A DNA stretch of 19,332 nucleotides, from positions 1 through 19,332 of IMG/VR virus record IMGVR_UViG_3300045988_104087. One strand, written 5' to 3'. The stretch's first letter is position 1. Every line of letters starts with the position of its first letter. The notes under the pieces were generated by a model. That model was not told the DNA's origin. It ran no database searches and saw only the letters and a list, made by a program, of their open reading frames with translations. A program made the position numbers and the translations under genes. Shown here one piece after another: positions 15,678 through 19,332 of this stretch. Source of the stretch: a virus (taxonomy: Duplodnaviria > Heunggongvirae > Uroviricota > Caudoviricetes).

Positions 15678-17954
15678 TCAAATGGGTAACGAGAACCCCG
15701 GCCACTCATCAGCGACCGGATATCTGAATTTTTTCCCGTCATAATGTACGGTTGCCCCACGCGCCAGCGCCTCAATCTCCCATCGCTGCGGCCTGATACC
15801 GTTCTGAGCAAGGTCAACGCGGATACGGGTAATTTGCGTTCGTTCCGACCGGGTCAGTCTGGCCGATGGCGCTATTTCATGCGGTTTTAACGGGCTTCCG
15901 CTTCTTTGCTGACGGTTTGGTGTTCTCAGGTCGTGTTTTAATGCGCCCCTGAGCGCCCTCACGACCTCCGGTTCATTCCATTCAATAACACCGTCATCAA
16001 CCAGATTAAGCACTGCTGCGGCGTGTTCAGAAGGTGTGGGTGCCGGTAACGAAGCATCACTACCGGTGAGCTTTCCACAGTTATTGACAGGACTCCGAGG
16101 CGCGGCGATGCCGCTTTTTAAAGTCAAAGGCTCAACGACCGGAACTTTCGGCACAATGCGCCAGTCCGTCGTTCTGGTGATATGAATATGACGCGCGCCG
16201 AGATGCGGCGCGTAAATGCCGACCACTCTCTCGACTTCTTCCTCGTACTCGTTAACGTCATCCGACGGGCTACGGGCGACCCTGACAGTCTGGCAATCGC
16301 GCGGGACATTTGCCCCGCCCTGCGCGCTGATATACAACGCAAAATCACCACTGTCTGCAGCGGCGCGTGCAGCCTCGACGCGCTCGTCAAACTCATCAGC
16401 AATGCTGACGCCGCGAGGCAATTTGCGTAGTTCACGGTAAGCCCCCATTGTCGGCAGTCCAACCGTTTTAAATTGCGGGATGCGCCACGTTGACGCCCAT
16501 GCGGTAACAGCCGCGGCAGTATCTTTAAGCGGCTTACCGGTATCGTTATCGAGCTGACCATCCAGTGCATAGCCGTCGATATTTTTTGAAATGTATTTCG
16601 CGATATATCCCGCAGCACCGCCCCGGTTAAGGTGCTTTGCCTGAAAACGGTTTCGCGCGGCTCCTCTTTCGTCACCATCCTCTTTGAGCGCATAGCGACG
16701 CATGATTTCGATAATCTGGTTACGCTGGCGTGGATTACAAAAAAGCATCATATGCCAGTGCGGCGTTCCGTCGTGGTGTGGCTCGACGACACGCAAACCG
16801 TAGACCTGTAAATCATTATCCTTGAATGCCGTGCGCATCAGGCTCCAGATACGGCAGAGATAACGCTGCGCATCCTTTGGATTAAATGCCTCATCGTTCC
16901 AGCCGTGATTAAGCTGAACGGTTTTACTTTCGCCTTTTCTGACCTGACGAGTCGGGTGATACTTTGACGGCGCGGTCAGCGTGATAAACATCCCCACATC
17001 ACCCTCTGCGGCGGCGTAACGCTCAATACCGGCGATGGTGTTCATCAGCTCCATCCGGCGAATTTCAGGATTAGAAATACTGCCCATCACCTTACTGATA
17101 AGGTCGATGCGCTCGCCGGTTTCCCTGTTTTCAAGGTCACACGATTTAAGAAATTCCAGATTTGCCTGGCGGCGTGCACGCACATCACGAATGGCATGTT
17201 TACTGGCATAAGGAGAACGGTCTTTATTCACCTCCCCGACAGCTATCAGTAACGCCTCATGCCAGCGCATACGCTGGCCTTTAAGCTGATGAGTCCACCA
17301 CTCATCGTTAAACAGGCGGGCAATGGCAGAATATGCCTGCCTCGTGGTCATCTGCCCTTTACGGTATTTTTTCCAGTAAAGCGGGGAAATATTGAAAGCA
17401 CGTGCAGCGCCAGCAACATGACCATACAGATGTGCCTGCGCCTCATCCGTAAACAGCGATTCTTTTTCGCCATGCGCATCCACCCAGGCATCGCAGAGTT
17501 CCTCATACATCATGAAAAGCTGCGATGAGATACGGGCAGCAAACTTTTTCAGCTCCTTGTCATTCATTCCCGGCAGGCGCGCATAGTGGTCACGCTCTGC
17601 CAGAAACAGCAACGACGCGTCGGTGTTCATTTCATGGCGCTGATTCACGCGCTTAATGCGCGGCCATAAACGACGCTGAAAAGTGGATGTGAGGAAATAA
17701 AACCCGTGCACCGGGCTTTTATTGCGCCGGATGTAGTCATAGCGTGAAGTAAACAGCGAGCGCAAAAAGTAAGGCAGGCGGTTAATCGTGGATAAAACAC
17801 CTTGCACCTGACGCATCTCGTCACGTGTAAGAGGTCTTTCGCGCCCGACAGCCTCGCGTGGCGCGTTCCATGCATAAGCACCGGTAAACGCCTTACCGGT
17901 GCCTGCGGCAAATGCTGACGGAGGGACAAAACGCCCGGAGGCTTTAACGGCCAT
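15678..17954 (-). CDS. A: Replication initiation protein A (rolling-circle nicking endonuclease)
   Basis: 772-codon frame. I chose the internal Met (MAVKASGRFVPPSAFAAGTGKAFTGAYAWNAPREA...) at 17954, giving 758 aa. Contains the rolling-circle tyrosine motif (GYIAKYISKNIDGY). The start overlaps the stop of the upstream small ORF by 11 nt. Confidence 0.9.
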   Translation of the reverse strand: MAVKASGRFVPPSAFAAGTGKAFTGAYAWNAPREAVGRERPLTRDEMRQVQGVLSTINRLPYFLRSLFTSRYDYIRRNKSPVHGFYFLTSTFQRRLWPRIKRVNQRHEMNTDASLLFLAERDHYARLPGMNDKELKKFAARISSQLFMMYEELCDAWVDAHGEKESLFTDEAQAHLYGHVAGAARAFNISPLYWKKYRKGQMTTRQAYSAIARLFNDEWWTHQLKGQRMRWHEALLIAVGEVNKDRSPYASKHAIRDVRARRQANLEFLKSCDLENRETGERIDLISKVMGSISNPEIRRMELMNTIAGIERYAAAEGDVGMFITLTAPSKYHPTRQVRKGESKTVQLNHGWNDEAFNPKDAQRYLCRIWSLMRTAFKDNDLQVYGLRVVEPHHDGTPHWHMMLFCNPRQRNQIIEIMRRYALKEDGDERGAARNRFQAKHLNRGGAAGYIAKYISKNIDGYALDGQLDNDTGKPLKDTAAAVTAWASTWRIPQFKTVGLPTMGAYRELRKLPRGVSIADEFDERVEAARAAADSGDFALYISAQGGANVPRDCQTVRVARSPSDDVNEYEEEVERVVGIYAPHLGARHIHITRTTDWRIVPKVPVVEPLTLKSGIAAPRSPVNNCGKLTGSDASLPAPTPSEHAAAVLNLVDDGVIEWNEPEVVRALRGALKHDLRTPNRQQRSGSPLKPHEIAPSARLTRSERTQITRIRVDLAQNGIRPQRWEIEALARGATVHYDGKKFRYPVADEWPGFSLPI
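16084..16103 (-). other. Candidate origin/nick site inside gene A
   Basis: The minus strand reads GCGCCTCGGAGTCCTGTCAA, which resembles the P2 ori/A-protein cleavage region as I remember it. P2 ori is known to lie within the A coding sequence. From memory only. Confidence 0.3.
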
Positions 17955-18219
17955 ATGAGCCAAATGCCTCAGAACAACGCTTGCTGAGTTGCTCAACCTG
18001 CGCGTTTAAATCAGCAAAAGACTTTGCGCTTCCGGTCAGAATATCGTGATGCATCAGGCCGGAAACGAGCTGGCTTAATTTCGGGTAATAACCAACCACC
18101 GCCAGCCATTCCTGACCGGCGTTTTTACCGCTTTCCGCTCTCTTTTTCTCGTGGAGAATAAACTGAAAGCTGTCACTGGTAACGACATAACGTTCGCCAA
18201 TTTCGATACGAATACTCAT
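17944..18219 (-). CDS. Small early protein (position of P2 orf83), hypothetical
   Basis: 91 aa ORF immediately upstream of A, overlapping it. Tightly packed in the early operon B-orf80-orf81-orf82-orf83-A. Confidence 0.7.
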   Translation of the reverse strand: MSIRIEIGERYVVTSDSFQFILHEKKRAESGKNAGQEWLAVVGYYPKLSQLVSGLMHHDILTGSAKSFADLNAQVEQLSKRCSEAFGSYGR

Positions 18220-18440
18220 GCCATTCTCCGGTAATGCTTGTTTTTTGCTTCAAAGACTGACTGGCAGGAAACACAACGCGTGGCTGACGGATAAGCTGCA
18301 CGACGGGCAGCAGGTATTGGCGCGTCACACTCTTCGCAAACCAGCGCAGAAACACCGCAATGTTTTACCCTTGCCGCGTTAATCTGGCGCTCCAGTAATT
18401 CAGCCTGTTGTTCCTGAATAAAATCTACGTTGTCCGGCAT
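18216..18440 (-). CDS. C4 zinc-finger protein, TraR/DksA-like (position of P2 orf82)
   Basis: 74 aa ORF with CxxC-N17-CxxC (CGVSALVCEECDAPIPAARRAAYPSATRCVSCQ), typical of phage TraR/DksA-family zinc fingers. 4-bp overlap with the next gene. Confidence 0.7.
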   Translation of the reverse strand: MPDNVDFIQEQQAELLERQINAARVKHCGVSALVCEECDAPIPAARRAAYPSATRCVSCQSVFEAKNKHYRRMA

Positions 18441-18745
18441 TACCAGCTCCTTTTGTCGTTCAGCTTCTTAAATTCATCAGCGCAATAGCTGGCGATTTCT
18501 GTCGTTAATTTTGTCAGTTCATCCACGGATGAAATTTGCTTATGAAATACAGCGCGTTTAACAAGTAAATTGACCACATCAGACAGGAGGTTTAATTCAT
18601 TCTGATAAATCGCGATAACAGATTCAGTTATGTCGCGTTTTTCTTTATCAAGACAAAGTTGAATAAGAGACAAATCGCCATTTTCCATAACGGCGATTTT
18701 TAAGGCGTTATTCAGTAATACAACTGAATGAGAACAGGACATCAA
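18440..18745 (-). CDS. Small early protein (position of P2 orf81), hypothetical
   Basis: 101 aa ORF. Starts and stops overlap its neighbours (operon packing). AT-richer than its neighbours. Confidence 0.65.
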   Translation of the reverse strand: MMSCSHSVVLLNNALKIAVMENGDLSLIQLCLDKEKRDITESVIAIYQNELNLLSDVVNLLVKRAVFHKQISSVDELTKLTTEIASYCADEFKKLNDKRSW

Positions 18746-18966
18746 AGCACCTCCCCGCGAGACAATCCGATATTGTGAAATTTTTCCGACTCCTGACTGA
18801 GCAGCTCGACTATCTCCACGCGGGATAACTCCGCCTTTGTGATGTGGCGAATCATGGTGTCAAGATGAGAAGAAAAGCGCGTCGCAGCGTCAGCCTGTGC
18901 TTCGGTTCTGGCCTGTTGCAGCAGTAATGCGTATTTACCGCACTGATTTTCAGAAACTGTATGCAT
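18742..18966 (-). CDS. Small early protein (position of P2 orf80), hypothetical
   Basis: 74 aa ORF. 4-bp overlap with the downstream gene. Confidence 0.6.
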   Translation of the reverse strand: MHTVSENQCGKYALLLQQARTEAQADAATRFSSHLDTMIRHITKAELSRVEIVELLSQESEKFHNIGLSRGEVL

Positions 18967-19029
18967 GACTTTCTCCAGGCAAAAAGAAGCCCCGCACGAT
19001 TAAGTGCGTTAAAAACTCTGGTTAATTAT

Positions 19030-19332
19030 TTAATGCAGATATTGCTCTGGTTTTACCGACGTCAGAATTGTCGGTGCATACTCAAACAGGCTGAATAATT
19101 CACGTAATGCACGGAATAAAGCATCACGCCAGTAACATGACTCTTCATTAATTCGCCAGTATGGCTGGTTGAATTCTTTTTCAGTCAATCCGGCATGCAT
19201 AAATAAAGTACGACGCTGACTGACTGTTAAAAAACTAATATATGCATACTCACTTGCGCCAACCTGACGGCGTTTTGAGAATGCCCCACGCAATTCATCA
19301 ATTGCACAAACCAGCCGTTCACGTTCGACGTC
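19030..19332 (-). CDS. B: Replication protein B, 3' portion (truncated by the window edge)
   Basis: The open frame continues to the window edge. Its position upstream of the four small ORFs and A matches P2 gene B. I do not recognise the sequence itself with certainty. Confidence 0.5.
   Translation of the reverse strand, partial: DVERERLVCAIDELRGAFSKRRQVGASEYAYISFLTVSQRRTLFMHAGLTEKEFNQPYWRINEESCYWRDALFRALRELFSLFEYAPTILTSVKPEQYLH

Noticed and set aside
16124-16693. Minus-strand ORF (189 aa) inside A in another frame
   Set aside because: Alternative frame of the replication gene. Arg-rich and probably spurious.
1-19332. CRISPR arrays, tRNA or rRNA genes, insertion sequences or transposases
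   Set aside because: Looked for regularly spaced direct repeats, tRNA-like structures and transposase-like ORFs and found none. The only repeats are those listed above.

Overview
The window is almost entirely a P2-like (Peduovirus) temperate myovirus genome or prophage, shown in reverse-complement orientation relative to the usual P2 map. On the minus strand, a tightly packed late region runs from high to low coordinates: capsid scaffold O, major capsid N, small terminase M, head completion L, tail protein X, holin Y, endolysin K, LysA, the spanins LysB and LysC, tail completion R and S, baseplate V, W, J and I, tail fiber H and tail fiber assembly G. On the plus strand are the divergent packaging genes P (large terminase) and Q (portal), followed by a sequence I recognise as the P2 cos site. 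To the right are the early replication genes on the minus strand: A (rolling-circle initiator), four small ORFs, and the 3' part of B. Gene assignments rest on reading the translated ORFs and on remembered P2 gene order and protein lengths; no database search was run. Three AT-rich islands interrupt the GC-rich backbone: the receptor-binding end of the tail fiber plus its chaperone (about 290-700), an opposite-strand 268-codon ORF between S and V (about 4395-5400), and a short segment between cos and gene A (about 14800-15680) where P2 carries tin and old. The S/V cargo ORF is the best candidate for an uncharacterised accessory, possibly anti-phage, function. The cos-to-A segment holds only a well-signalled 37-codon peptide gene flanked by a perfect 15-bp direct repeat. 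No tRNA, rRNA, CRISPR array or transposase was seen.
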